Shown piece by piece: positions 50,324 through 63,930 of a stretch of DNA of 64,000 nt. Each line of letters opens with the position of its first letter. The stretch's first letter is position 1. The stretch is from Lophium mytilinum (Eukaryota). The translations under genes and the position numbers were made by a program. Below the pieces are notes generated by a model, which searched no databases, was not told the DNA's origin, and was given only the letters and a program-made list of their open reading frames with translations. The DNA is taken from NCBI GenBank assembly GCA_010093605.1, contig MU004189.1, positions 1,805,834 through 1,869,833 of the forward strand, in the 5' to 3' direction.

Positions 50324-50592
50324 ACATCGCCGCGGGATCTTGGATATCCTGTGGGGGTACCCTAAGCGGTGGTAAACTAGTGTGTACAGACTTAACCATA
50401 AGTCTGCGCACACGAATTTATCACGGTTAAGTTCAAGTATTGCTCGCTGGGCACCACTGCAAGGGGGGGGGGCTAGCTACTACGCCGCCATCTAGTCAAA
50501 ACGCAGTCCAATGTGCACTGCTTGAAGTCTTGACATCGCCCTTAAGCCTTCGAAACCCTGTAGGGGTACCCCAGCAGTGGCATACCAGTATA
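50324..50592. repeat. Degenerate direct duplication, ~60-bp block 208 bp apart
   Basis: gacatcgcc...cctgtgggggtaccctaagcggtggtaaactagt (50324) versus gacatcgcc...cctgtaggggtaccccagcagtggcataccagt (50532). Confidence 0.65.
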
Positions 50593-51574
50593 CCCAAACA
50601 TGTGGCCTGTCACTGATCACACCTCACGCATCCACTAAGCCAATCAAAAGTTGCTTAAAAAACAATTAATTCCCCTCCCTCCATCCCCTCATCCCCCCTC
50701 CCCCAAATCTCCGCATCGCAAACCTAATTATCGTACATGGATATCGCAATTCATTTCCCTTACCCTCCGCATCCCATTCCGCTCAGATGAAAAAAATCGC
50801 CCTTTCGTTGAGAAAAAGCAGAGAACAACCACAACAAACGCCCAAGCCCACCGAATTGAAAAAATTCATAGATATAAAGCCCGCCCGCCCTTTCCTCGGT
50901 CCAGCCGAACATACGGAAAACCGACAAGAAAACGCGGCATGGAAGGGATACTGGAGAGAGGGGGGGAAGCGTGTATTACAACGAGAGTGCTAGGAATGGT
51001 ATTTTCGCCGCACTGAGTAAAAGAAACAAAGGAACAAAAGGCAAAACACGGGCCTCCTTTAGACAGCCCAGCCCAGCTAGCCTCAACGAAGCGGGCGCCC
51101 TTGGCCGCTTCGAACTCGTTCTCCGCGTCATCGCACCTCGTCCTCTCCATACCTGCTGTAGCTTCGAATTCATACACCTGAGTGATCATACCTCGATAAG
51201 TCCCCATCACATCTCATCTTGCTTCTGCCTCATCCTTCCTTTCGCACAAGGCCCCAGGGTATCCCAAACAAAAAAAAGAAAAGCTCCAAGCAAACCACAG
51301 AAAAAACACCAGTAATTCCCGTACCATCCCGTGCCCCTGACCGCACGACTACGCCCAGCACCCAGAGCACCAACATCCTGTGGTGCGTGCGAATTCCGGA
51401 AGATAAGTGATAAGAGAAAAAGACGAGGATATTAACGGGAATAGGGAGGGGTATGCAGCATTATAGGCCATGGCGTAAATGACATCAAACATCTTTTGCT
51501 GACGGCTTTCGAGCTTTCTTTTCTCTCCGTTGTCGACGGCGGCGGCGGTCGTTTTCGAAAACAGAAAATCAAAA

Positions 51575-54178
51575 TCACCACCCCTTCTTCCGCGCAAAGC
51601 GCTTGTTGAGGAGCACAAGCACCTTTGTGACGTTGAACTGGACGTACTCGAGGTCGAGGTCTTCCTGGTTGTCCTTTTGCATCTCGAGGAGGTCGTCGAG
51701 CTTGAGGTCGAGTTCGAGGAGGCCGCGGTTTCGTCCTGAAGAGTTAGTCAGGCTCAATCCGGGGACAGCTAGTCGACTCTTACCTTTGTAATGCAGCGAT
51801 ATGACGAAGGTGCCCGGTAGTGGGCTGGTGAAGTTGAAGTAGATGTTGGCCCGTCGGTTTTCAGGCACGTTGCTCTTCTGGATCACGCCCTCCTTCTCTA
51901 GCTGCTGATGCGTGAACTTGTAAGGCCCGAGGACTTGGTGTTTTTGCTGTTTCCTAGTCTTGCCCTCGGATTGACTTCGCACGTTGTGGAGGTATGACTT
52001 GTAGGTCTCGAGTTGGCCAACGAGGTACGCGTTGTGGTCGCGGATGGTGCGGAAAACTTCCTCGAGCTTCTTCGTCTCCTCCACGACCTTGTCCTTCATA
52101 GATCCCAAATGCACGAGTTCTTGTTCGACCTCGTCTCGAAGTAATGCGAACCCGTCATCCTTGTCGATTACACCAAGCTCTTGTAATTGGCTCAGCAGCT
52201 CCATGCTCCTGATGCCCTTCTTCACCATGACCGAGTCGTTCTTTGTAGTCGCAGCGGCTTCAGCAACCCGGTCGAGCCTGAGAGGCCTCCGGGTCACGGA
52301 CGTGTTGGCGGGTAGAGATCGCAAGATCATGACGAATGTGGACTTGGCCTCCATGAAGAAGATCTCCTCTTGCGTGATATCTAGAGCCGCAGTGAGATCA
52401 TCCAAAGGCGTCTCCCATTTGCTGAAAAGTGGCAGATTGATAGCTCTGTTCTCTTTTCGTGGCAGCTGTGGCGGAGCTGGACCGAGTTCTTGCAATATGA
52501 CGCCCAGATGAGAGCTTTCATCCTTTGCCTGCTCAAAATAGTTAAACAACCTACCCACGTTGGGATCAACGCCTTTGCGAGCACTTACCAGCTCAGCGGC
52601 ATGCCTGTCCAAAAGCGCATGCGTGGCATAGACTTCATTGAGAGTGATGGATAGTTCCAGATCTCGCTTGGAGAGAGCAACATAGTTGTCCATCTCCAAG
52701 GTCTCGTAGAAATCTTGGACTTCGCACAGGTCTAGCATGAACTTGTTGATTCGCTCCTTGTTCTGGTGGATGAATGGCTGCAGCTTGACCATGTAAGGCT
52801 CCTTCGCGTACGACGGCTTATTGGCCAGGTTCTGAAGCATCTTGGCAACGTAGGTCAGAGTACGCTTAGGGTTCTCTGCCGGGGTGGCGTCGATCAGCAT
52901 ATATGACCTCGGTGTCACGATAGCCGGATTGATGAATCGGAGAAAGAAGAATCCTCCGATAAGGGTGCAGATTGTCTGGTCCTGTGCATCCGGATATTTC
53001 CGTTTCGACAAGCTTCGGATCTGCTTGCAAATCCATCGGATGCCGTATGGAGTCTCTTCTAAGCCTTTAATGATGGTGTCCAGAAAAGCGTTGGCAATAT
53101 TCATCAGCGAAGCAACACGGGGCTCAATAGCCGCCTGCACCCGGGGATGTTCGGCTGCCTGCTCAGCGGTCACGCCCTTGGGCATGTCGGGAGGGGGTTT
53201 CCCATGTTGGTCCTCGTGGTCGAGTAACATCTTCTCATAGACCTTGAGGGGATTGATTTCGAGGTCCAAGTCCTTCACTTCAATAAGAGAGTTGATCCTA
53301 TCAGCCAGAACAACCTTGAGGTAGCTCTGTCCGGGTCCTCGTCGCGTATATGTGGTCATCATTCGTGAGACGGGGGTATTTGCGCGAAGCAAGGAAGAGT
53401 AGTCAGGGGTGTTGTCAAATTGATAGGTTAGGACAGACTGTTTGCCTATATTAGTGTCTGTTATCACCTTATCTTCCGAGTACCACGTACCTGAAACATG
53501 GTCAATAACAAGTGCTCCTCGCGGCTCTCATACTGATTTCCATAGATTGTGAACATGACGGTTTGTAGGAGCGAGTCGATCTCAGCCATGGTGACAAGGC
53601 GGCAGAGATGGGCGATATGCCTAGGCTCGGATTGTAGGAGGAAGAGTAGATTTCCGTATTTTTGCGTCTTCTCGTCGTTCGGGAAGAAACCTTCTTGCAG
53701 GTCAGCGGCTTCATCGAGATGGTTGGCTACTTCATTTTGCTGGTCTAGTTAGCTTCATCCTCGAGGCTGCGAGCAAGTTGTACTTACTTCTTCCAACGCC
53801 ATACGGTTTTGGATAAGCAGCGCTATCCGCGAATCGAGATATCTGACGTCCTTCTCCAGCACGAAGTTCTTCTTCGATTGTGAGGATATCTTTGACTTTA
53901 GTTCCCGTAGGATTTTTTGCGCTAGAGTTCTATCAGTACTGATCAATTGCGGCAAGAAATGGGGGAACTATACCCTTTGCTAGGTCATCCTCGATCTCCA
54001 AGTCCTTCTCCTTTGCGGACATGGACAGGTACAGGGCAGTGACGGAGTAGCGCTTTGACTGTCGCACCGAGCGCGAGCCATCATGCGACGACATTGTGTT
54101 CTGGCGCGAGACGGGTATGAAGGACGACGAGGAGGAAGTCGAGGCTCTCGAGGGAGCGTGGAGCATGGAGACGGCCAT
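51575..54178 (-). CDS. gapA: Ras GTPase-activating protein GapA/Sar1 type; introns 53973..53922, 53787..53740, 53490..53438, 52588..52529, 51783..51736
   Basis: [12 protein letters not shown] arginine-finger region, [14 protein letters not shown]asGAP signature, KMLQNLAN, RasGAP_C and DDLLEMQ C-terminus. Confidence 0.93.
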
Positions 54179-56731
54179 TATCTATCAAGATAGGGTGGAA
54201 TTGCGCAGTGTAGGAGTTTGTCGGGGAGTGGTCGTCCCGTATAGAGGAATGCAATTTCTCAAGGTACCGCAAGCCGGGCTTGAGACAAAGAAGCTCACGC
54301 AGCAGTCAGGTACTTGTGCGACCGTCTGGGATGCGCTGCTGCACTCCGGGCTAGCCGATGCTTTGTTGGCCACGCAATTTTGGCTGGCGGCGTTTGTGCG
54401 CTGGAGGGTGGATGCCCAGGCCGCTGCGACGCTGAGCGGCGCCGTGGTTCGCGCGTGGAAGTTTCAGAGGCTCCTTCGGCGGATCGCGCAAGATGGAAGG
54501 CCGATTGAGGCGAGCAATAGGAAGGGCGGGCTCGAGGACTTGGAGGGCGGGCGGGCGAGGTAAGACGTGAAGCTTGGGCGATGGGCGCCGTGTGAGTGGT
54601 GGTTGGTGGTGGAGGGTGATTTGGCTGGCTGAGCACTACTGCGATAACGGTAGCAGGCGAGACAGCGGCATTCCTCCCGGAGCGGAAAGTGGTGAGGCTT
54701 TGGATTGTCGGTGGTGAGTACTGAGGGCCAGCGTTGGAACGCGAGGTAAGGAAGAGGGGCGTCGAGGTGGATTGTCGTCGCGGAGCAGGAGCTGCGTCTG
54801 AAACGTGCGAGAAAGCGTCGGGGATGACGGCGGCAGGCGACAGGCGGGCGGGCGCAAGCTGTCACAGGGGTGTAGGTGTAGGCAGCGGGCAGCAGACAGA
54901 GCGGCGACAGTAGGTAGTTGAGGACGAAGGCACGATAGGGTGCACGATGAGGGGGGATTCGAGTTCGCTGGAGCAGGTGCCGTTGGACGAGCCTGTGCAG
55001 TCAGGCTGGGCGATAGGGCCCTAAGCACAGTGTCTGCGGTCTGGGGGGAAAGGAGCCTTCGGAGCTGTGGCGTCTGCTGTTTCGCGTTGGCTCAGAAGAT
55101 AGTTGAGATTACCGCTCGAACGGGCTAAGTCAGGGCCAAATGTCGTCTTGGCTGGGGCCGCAGTAAACCGGCGTGCACAAGTGCGAGATGCGACAGCGTA
55201 GCGCGGTGCAGTATAGCCGTCCTGGCAATGCCCTCGTTGCAGTGCTGGTATATCAGACCGTCATATGCAATCAAACGTTGAAAACAAGCATTGATACTGA
55301 CTCATGCTATCCAGTATCGCAGCTTCCCTATAACGGCCTCCTAGCGCTACCAAAGACGACCGCGAGGCCAAATCACGTCCAGACGTCAGGACTAGCACAG
55401 TTGATCAATATTGCATAGCGAACGTTGCAGAGTCTTTGGGCTGAATACTCTTAAATGGTACAGACCGTACTTCGACGAAATACCCCTCTACGGTCGCCCC
55501 GCCCACGCAGTCTACGCGCCCCCTTCCCGACACACAGGGACCACTCCACCACCCAAGCGTTTCAGCCCGGGCTCGCGCTACAGAAGCAGGTGATCAACCC
55601 TCCATCGCTTGCTTCACCACGACACCACCACCACAACCCCATCCCCCGTACCCTTACCCGCCATGCTCCGCATCGCCCAGAGACCCGCCCGCACGCAGAG
55701 AAGCAACCGGCCTATCCGCCTCTCCCGCCCATCCAGGACCAGCTAACTCGTCGTATACAGCCACGCAATGAACGTGCGCAGTGTAGTTCAACCTCAAGAA
55801 AATCTCCGACTAGCTTGCTTGCACCACCCACTCAGCACCACCGGCGCCGCGCCCATCCGCCGCTGATGTAGGGCCCCTCTGTGCGCCCGCTGATCGCCTT
55901 GGCTGTGCCTGCACCGATTACATATCTCCGCACCGCAAGCAGCACAGCACAGGAGCAGCGAGCCTCTCGATAAAGAGTGCCCCTGGGTCTGCATTCGGGC
56001 CCCCCTTCGTCAGCGGCGCGCGTGCTCCTTCGCGGTTTAGCAGGCGCCGCGCCCCGTAAGTTCGATATCTTGCGCAATTAGGTGGTGCTCCGCTTTCTAT
56101 CCACAACCGGCGACCGTTGCGCAGAAAGCTGTGGAGAAGCTGCGCATATCGCGATTTCGCGCTACCGCCACGCCGCAGGCGATCGCGAGGGCCCGTGCCA
56201 GGGTGTGCCAATAATCCATGTTAGATTGTACGTAGTGCATTGCCGATTCCAGGTCGTTTGCTACAGGGTCTAGATATGCTAGTACATACATACAATAATC
56301 GTCTCGTCGCGTTCGTTTACTGAAGGAAGGCGCGGTGCAAGGAAATTCGTGAATATTGTTGAGGAAATGCCGTTCCATCAAAGCTGACGTCGTCGTCATC
56401 GTTCGTGCTTCAGCGCATCGTGGCCAGCCCCCCTCTCTCCGCGGTCGTGGGAGATGGGGTCTGTGCCCAAAGAAACGCCCTGCAAAACTCCACATGCGCC
56501 GAAGTGAACCCTGGGAATGACAATTACCCCTCGCTGTGGTAGGGAAAGATCCTCTCAAAAACCCTGGGTCCCAGCCTTGAAGCCAGTCCTTAATTCGAAC
56601 CTTGTGAAAACGCCGGAATAAACTCCATCGCAAACGCCCGGTTTCTATGAAGGATGCATTGGATGGAGGAGTTTGATCGCCTGCGGTTTGATCTCCTCGC
56701 CCCTCACTGCTGGGTATTCGGCTGGCACGAG

Positions 56732-59562
56732 TCATTGCGCAAGAAGCGCAAGAACCGCCAGGAAAGCAAAGTAACTGTACCTCGCATTAGTTCCCTCGCT
56801 CCACGACAGTCTAGAGTGAATGCAGTGTAGTAGCCTCTCTTGCAACCCATCCGATTTTTGTGAAGTCAATGTTTCTGAGAGGGCTGCGTTCGCCTGGCTC
56901 AACGGTGGCGAGCGAGACGCACACCCGCTCTCCATTCTCGGGTTCAAATAGACTTCTGCTCCCGGCCAGTGCTCGGCGCAATAAACAGGAAAATATGACT
57001 ACTCACATTGAACCACACTTCGCCCACTCCCGCTCTGACATAAGGCCTACAAGGTCTGTCTGGGTGACAGCCGCCGCCTGGCCCATTCCAATAAGCACAA
57101 TGATGAACAGCCTGCCCAGCAAGCCCGGAATCACCGCAAACGCCATGAGAGGTAGTATCAGGAGAACCAGCATCAACAGGAGGCCCAGCGCTGCGGACTC
57201 TACTGGACCCGCGCCACCTACGACGCCCGTAGCACCAGCGACGCCCGCAGACGACGATCGCTTGCGGCGACCTATCGCCAGGAGATCGTTCCTGTGCTCC
57301 AAAAAGCGCGACTCGGCCTTATCGACAGGCGCGTGACGCTCCATCCACGAATGGTACGCCTGGATGTCATCCGCGCTTGCGGGGTCCAGGTCCTTCATCA
57401 TTGTGCTGTATGAGGAAAGCGCCTGATCTAGAAACCTGTTAGCTGGGAGGAAATAGATACTCTAGGGTTGCTTGTCGCACTGTATTGGCCCAATTTCATG
57501 TAAATCCTGCCCAGGCAGTCCGTTCGTCGGTAATGCAGTTCTCCGCCGTATCGTGCCTCTACCCGCCGCGATGCAGGCATTACGTGCCCATCTTCGCCTG
57601 GCGGCGTCGTCTGCGCAATGCATTCATCCAGATACCGAAGCTCGTCCTCGAGCTCCGAAATCTCGTCCTGCACATGTAGTAGAACGCGGTGATTGAGCTT
57701 CTCGAACTTGCGATATATGGGCACCACGCTCGTTTCTTCCGACGCATCATCTTTAGCACCTTCCGCTAGCTTGTCAGCCAGCAGTTCGTACCCTACCACA
57801 GTAGTTTTGGTGAGATCGGGACCAGTTGGATGTGGCAAGTAGTGTGGTGGCTGCCCATACGGAAAGTGGAAAAGGGGAGGCGGCACAAGCATGCCGTTGG
57901 AACCCCCTGGACTCATTGGATAGGCATTGTCAGCGTGGGCATGTGAGGGCGGATGAGGGGCTTGTGGGTGTGGATAATAGGCAACCGATGACGGCTGGGC
58001 GGCTGGTGACGACCATGGTGGCACTTGAGGGGCTTGTGGATACATCGGAGCTGAGGCGGCATCATAATGGGCATGAGGGTCGATTAGTGGGAGTGCTGGT
58101 CGAGGATGTGGAGAGGGGTCGCCATAAAATTGAAAGTTGTGATGGGGCTGTGGGCTTTGCAGAACATGTTGGCGAAGTTCCTCTTCCTGGTCCCTCAGTC
58201 GTCGGTGATGGCGGTCATGGGATCCTGCCCTGTGGCGTTGTGAAGGTGATGCTACAGGGGCAACCGGGGGCGGAACTCTCTGCAGCGCGTACGCCTGAGA
58301 CGCTTCTTCACCCTCTTCGTCGCTGCCGTCACCATCGCTCTCTTCATCGTCTTCGGTTTCTTCTTCCTCTTCTTCTTCCTCTTCCTCCTCTTCTTCCTCC
58401 TCTACGTCGTGCACGGACGGCTGATGAGCAGTATGAGCGTGCTCATCTGAATTTGGACGACTGTCTCGCACTGAGATGCCAGAATCACTCCTAAGTCGCT
58501 CTCGATGGGCACCTTCGTCGTGCGCTAACTTCTTCGACGACATGGGTGGGGACGTCACAGGTGACTCGATCTCAGGCTCATCAGCATTCGAAGAAACTGC
58601 GTCCTCATCGTCGTTGGCTGACAACGCAGTTGACGAAGAAGACGACGAGGATGACGACGTAGGGCGGTCATCGCTAGCAATTGATTGCGCTGGAGTCAAA
58701 TTCTCTTGCATGTATTGAAACACGCTGGGTTCTTCTGAAGACGCGTCCATAATTCTAGATGCGGCCGAGGCCGTCTTCGTTTCAATGCGTCGACGCTCCT
58801 TGGTCTGTCTGCGTCTCGCTACGCTAGACCTGTCGTAGGATTTTTGAGTCACTGTTGAGTTGCTCCCACTCGACGTACTAGAGGTGTTTGTGAGACCTGA
58901 GACAAGCGAGAGCATGGAGGGGTTGGCGAGATTGGAAAATGTATCAGCGCGGCGCTGGAGTATGCTTTGCCTCTGCCGAGCAGCACGACGAGCCACTACA
59001 GCGGCATCTTCGACAGCTCTACTACGGCGTGGTGTTGCTATATCCTTGGTGCTTGCCGACGGATTCTTTTGACGCCGTTGTTGGACGTTCTCCTTTCCTT
59101 CTAGTATCCGGCTGAGCCTTGGGAGATAGCCAGCAATATCCTTTTCTCGTGCCTCCAACTCGGATGTAGATGGTCTCGGGGACGTCGATGTGCGCGGAGA
59201 GGCCTCTCTAGAGGTCTTGCGGGGTGGGTATCGTCCCTGCTTGTTCTTGTGGGGCTCGGCTTGATCTACATCAGGCCCAGTTAGAGATGCTGAGTGTACG
59301 GGCTCTTCTGAGCGGAATTTGCCCTTCAACGAACGTCTCCGGGATATAGGGGTGGTAGAATTCGACCCAGTGCTAGTGTCAGGACCGCTGGGGAGGGTGT
59401 GAGGGGCCTCTACGGCTGAAAAATGAGAGCGGTTGCGGCCGGGGAAGCCTTCTGTGGAGGCTCTGCGCTCAGTCTGCACAGAGGGGCGCACGAAATCAGT
59501 AAAGCAAACGCACGCACAGAGTCAAAGCAGCTGCATAAAAAAAGAGGCCCCGAACGTACCAT
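56732..59562 (-). CDS. DUF6594-like protein with long disordered N-terminus and C-terminal TM helices; exons 59562..59560, 59473..57481, 57427..57007, 56774..56732
   Basis: GYELLA...PIYRKFEKLNHRVLLHVQDEISELEDEL..LD, L.QYNQAL, WM...AP....E.RFL....DL, then hydrophobic helices. Introns are canonical. Confidence 0.85.
58356..58402 (-). repeat. GAR trinucleotide run encoding poly-Glu
   Basis: About 15 consecutive Glu codons in the DUF6594-like gene. Confidence 0.85.
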
Positions 59563-60897
59563 GCTACGAAGATAAGGCGTCAGGCGTGGGTGCTTTGCTG
59601 TCAGTGAATCTGATATTGGCGTCGACGGGGAGCATGGAGAGCACTGCAGCTAGCCGGATGGGATGGGTTACACCCAGGCAAGAGGGAGTCGGCGGGGAGG
59701 CAAAGTACGATTGCTTGCATGCTGGAAAGGAGCGTGAACGATATGCAACGTAGGCCTTGTGCTACAGGCTGGGCTCAGGCGTTCAGGAGAGGGCTGACCA
59801 GGGATGAGGGCTGTTAAGGAGACAGCTGTCAAACTGGAAGCAAGCCACGCGCCAGAGCCCAACGAGGTGACGGCATCAGGGCCGCCATCTGGGCTGGGGA
59901 GGCGGAGAGATATAGGGGACGAACATCTGGCGCCGCGAGAGTGGCAGGATGCAGGACAGCGAAAACCTGTGATCCATCCATAACCGGGCGACGCTGCAGC
60001 CGGGCGGCCTATCATGCGGTGAAGGGTGCGCGGCGTCGATGTGGGACGCGGGAGGATCACCACCCGCCAGCCAATGGGCAGAAACGCTATTCGAGGATAT
60101 TTTGGGCGTGAAGCCAGCTGCGAACCTGCCTCACATGTTGGTGTTTATGTCTGTTCAAGCAAAAGCGTATGCGCAACTGCTCCTAATGTTCGAGTTAAGA
60201 GCATCGACATCATTGCTGAACGCTCCACGTGCCGATCAATCTCGATTCCACAGTCCGAGGCCCAATCTGAGACCATGTCCACGCAGTAGCCGTGGTACTA
60301 TTTCACGTCGCTGTTCCGGCAGCACCCTAGTTCTATCAAGGCCCGAACCACGGTTCCCAGCCGTTGCGGCGAAAAGAACGGAGCTTAATTGTACTCCACT
60401 GCTTCACCGCTTCTTGCACCTGCATCGCCCGGTGAAGCTAAACGCAGCATCGGAGCATTGCGATTCAGGTGCAAACATCGGGGCATCCAGTGCTGAGTTG
60501 CCCGGCTTGCTGACACCCACATCTTGAATGTCTGCTGACTGGAACGCTGATTGGTGGCCTGGAGCGTGGTCCATTACCCAAAGAGGCCATTTGGACCAGA
60601 TTTCACTCCAGAACTGTCAGCTGGTCGATCCTACGAGCTTCAGATCTTAATAAGATTCAGTTCAGAGCACCTTCAAGATCATATGTGTGTCGGACTAGCG
60701 ATTGCCGCGTTATCTTTTCAAGTCCACGTGGACCATCGTGTCAGGGCCTTTCTCTTATTTACACTTGATATCGGCCAATGATATCATGACTCCAATCTAA
60801 ATGATATAGCGTAGTCAGCCCGTAGCCCTAATGCCCATCTAGCGTTGAGCGAAGTTCCTCTAAAGTCGTGATTGAAGAAATATGTGGCAACAGGTCC

Positions 60898-62722
60898 TCA
60901 GAAACGCGAGATATCCCGGCCAAAAGCCCAATTGAGGAACCTAACACGGCGTCAGCAACCTCGGAACCAGTTTCAAGCTAGCAACATCACATGAGAACTC
61001 ACCAGTATATCGGTATCAGCACCTTGTTCCTCCAGCTCACGCTCTTCGTGAGATAGGCACCCCGCCAGAGCACCCATGCCGCCCGCCCGGAGACGCTCCC
61101 CCCGCCGCCGCCCTGCATGATCGCGTTCCAGTTACCAATATATGCCATGACGCCCATGTTCTTCCACGTGAAGCCACCCTTGTCGAAGTCGCCCTTGTTG
61201 AGCCGTTTAGCAAGCCACTCGGCCTTTTGTGAAGCTACCTGGGCCGTTGCCGGGCACGTCGTGTCTTCAATTTTCGCGCAGTCGCCAAGGGCAAAAACGT
61301 CTTCCATTATTGCCCGCTGCTTGCTTCCGTGCTCATCATCCGACTCAAGCAGCACGTGTAGCCGGTCGTCGGTGATGACAGAACCGGTTCTGGGCTCTTT
61401 GTGCACCGCCCATTGGAGAGAGCTTCGTGACATTTTGGAACCTGGGGAGATGTACTTGACTCCAGATTCTGGAGTGGATGGAATCTTGCCCAATGCCTTT
61501 TCTGCAAAAGGGTTCATCATTAGGCCAGTACCTATGCAATGCGTCAGTGATTTCGCCTATTGTTACAGACAGTCAATTCTTACTCCACACAACCATGCCA
61601 ACGCCTATATCGCCCTCTTCTTTGACCCGAAGCGTCCAGCACGGGTACTCGTCCTGGATGTCTTTGGCGGCATTGTCATCCCCCGGTGGCCCTTTCCTGA
61701 GTGACTCAACGTGATGAGATGTCTTGATTTTGATACCCTCCCTCGCGAACGTCTTCATGGCGTATTTTCCGAGATCTTCGTCAAACATGGGCAACACCTT
61801 GTCCGCCACATCATACACCGTAATCTTGTAGAACTCCATCAGCTCAGGATATATCCTCGCCAGATCCTCCTTGATGATGTCGTGTAGCTCCGCCGAGAAC
61901 TCAATGCCTGTCGGCCCACCACCCACGATCGCAAAGTTCAACAGATTCTTCCTCATCGCGTCTGTTGTGGTCGGGAGCGCCGCCGTCTCGAAGCATAGCA
62001 GTATGCGGTTCCGTATCTTCCTCGCATCTCCAACATCCTTCAAGAACAGCGCGTGCTCTTTGACTCCTGGTGTTCCGAAGGTCTGACTGTAGCACCCCAC
62101 TGTGATAATCAACTTATCCCACGTCAGGTCAAATGTCTTCCCCTTCTTCGCTAGCGCTACTTTCTTCACGTCCGATTTGATCTCGTCCCAATTCCCTCTA
62201 GAGAGCGCCAGGCCCTGACTCGGGTCATCCGCACTTTCCTCGATTGTGACCTTCTTATTCTTGAAATCCACCACGTCCGCCCATCCTTGGAAGTAATTGA
62301 CGTTTGACCGCCGACTCCTCACCGGCTCGAGTGCCGTCCTAAACTCGAGTGTCCCGACGGAGGTAGAGGCCAAAAGGGGGGTAAAGGCGAAGTATGAACG
62401 CGGCGAAACGACGACAGCTTGGTACTTCTTGGGGTTGAGCTGGCGAGCAACCGTGTATCCCGCCCAGCCAGAGCCCAGAATAACGACGCGTTCCCTATCT
62501 GCACGATGTCTTAGCAGCCGCATGGTACCTCGGAATCGAAGAAAGCCTCTTACGATCTGAACTTTTGTCAAGCTGATTGACTGTTATATCTCGTCGCTGC
62601 GTCGGTCTCCCATGTGAAAGGCGGGATGCGATCGCCCTCGAGGGCAAGCTTCTGCTAGCTAGGGCGTCGAGCAATCCGCTCGGCAATTGGCCGAGCTGCA
62701 TGCGAGGGCTGGTGGCTTGCAT
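60898..62722 (-). CDS. Type II (alternative/external) NADH:ubiquinone oxidoreductase; introns 62553..62499, 61583..61532, 61002..60941
   Basis: VVILGSGWAG, FTPLLASTSVGTLE, IVGGGPTGIEF, FALGDCA, TAQVASQ, MAYIG, terminal FGRDISRF. Confidence 0.93.
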
Positions 62723-63588
62723 GCTGGTGTTCCTTCTGTCCTGGAACTAGAAGGTTTCCAGGGCATTTTTGTTGTTGATATATTTTGCTGATTAGAATAG
62801 CGGCGGATGAGCGCGGCCTTGGTCAGTATGACGAGGTAGTGGGCCCGCGGATACCCCATTGAGCGTGTTAGTTTGCATCCTATGAGGCATAAGTACAGAC
62901 ATATCGTATGGGAGCTGTGCGCTCAAGCGGAGGGCGTTCTAACGGTGGTGCTAAGATCGGGACAAAGGAGGATGGTTCGAGGTTCTCGAGCTGCGCCGTT
63001 CCGAGAACTTCACATGCTACGCCAGGAACTCCAGGATTCCATACGTACGAAATGCTAATTCAACAGATCGTCCGGATACAGTAGAGCTTGAGAAGTCATT
63101 CGCATGAGTCAGCCTGTTCATTCCGAGTAGTTCTCTGGCCGGTCTGCGATTGAGTGAGCTTGGTCTCAGAGCTGACCTCGTGACATCCCGCAATCTCCCG
63201 TCACTCCATTCATCCCTGTGAAACCCAAGCTGAATCCATATTCACTGTTCTGCCACTGCATGCGGTGCTCCAACATGTTCATCGAAAGCTGGAGCAATGA
63301 ACAGCACAGCGAAGTGTGTACTTCCATCAGCCACAACCTAGTGTCCCGGCAAGCTCACTGATTGTTGTATTCAACGGCCTCAGAACTTCGAAAATTCATC
63401 GAGGATATTCAAGCAGGTATACGCGCATCCGCGACGATTTGCTGTGCATTCACGAAGAAACCGCTTTATATACATGCCAGGCTCTTCCACAGATGACTCT
63501 TAAGTTACTTATTATCATTCTAGCCTACAATTACTCGCCGTTCCATCCCGTTCAACCCTTTCCACTGCGGTCTCTCCCACCTCCTCTC

Positions 63589-63930
63589 CTAACAGAAAAT
63601 CTGATAAGACTGCAACGCCTTCGAATGCCAACACACCTGCGTATTATAAACATCCGCAAAATACCCCTGACAATTATCCTTCTCAAACATAAAACTATAC
63701 CCAACAACATTAGCCCAGATCTCTCTCTCCCCCGGATATATCTAGCAATAAATCTGATACGACTCTATATTCCGTATCCCCCAGCAGACACCAAGCTTCG
63801 TAACATCAGCTTTATAGCCTTTGCTTTCTAAATCTGACCGATACCGGACTGACAGATATCGGACTGCATTCCAGCTGGGAGTAGATTAAGCCGTGAAGGA
63901 GGAGAGAGTGGATGAGAGAGAAGTCTGATG
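63589..63930 (-). pseudogene. Possible relic of a small secreted Cys-containing protein with a 153-bp tandem duplication
   Basis: Minus frame reads ...GYKADVTKLGVCWGIRNIESYQIYC* then ...CQGYFADVYNTQVCWHSKALQSYQIFC*. A signal-peptide-like stretch without ATG lies upstream in another frame. Confidence 0.45.

Noticed and set aside
56097..56735. 212-aa minus-strand ORF abutting the DUF6594-like stop
   Set aside because: No recognisable domain; the C-terminal part looks vaguely protein-like but is unsupported.
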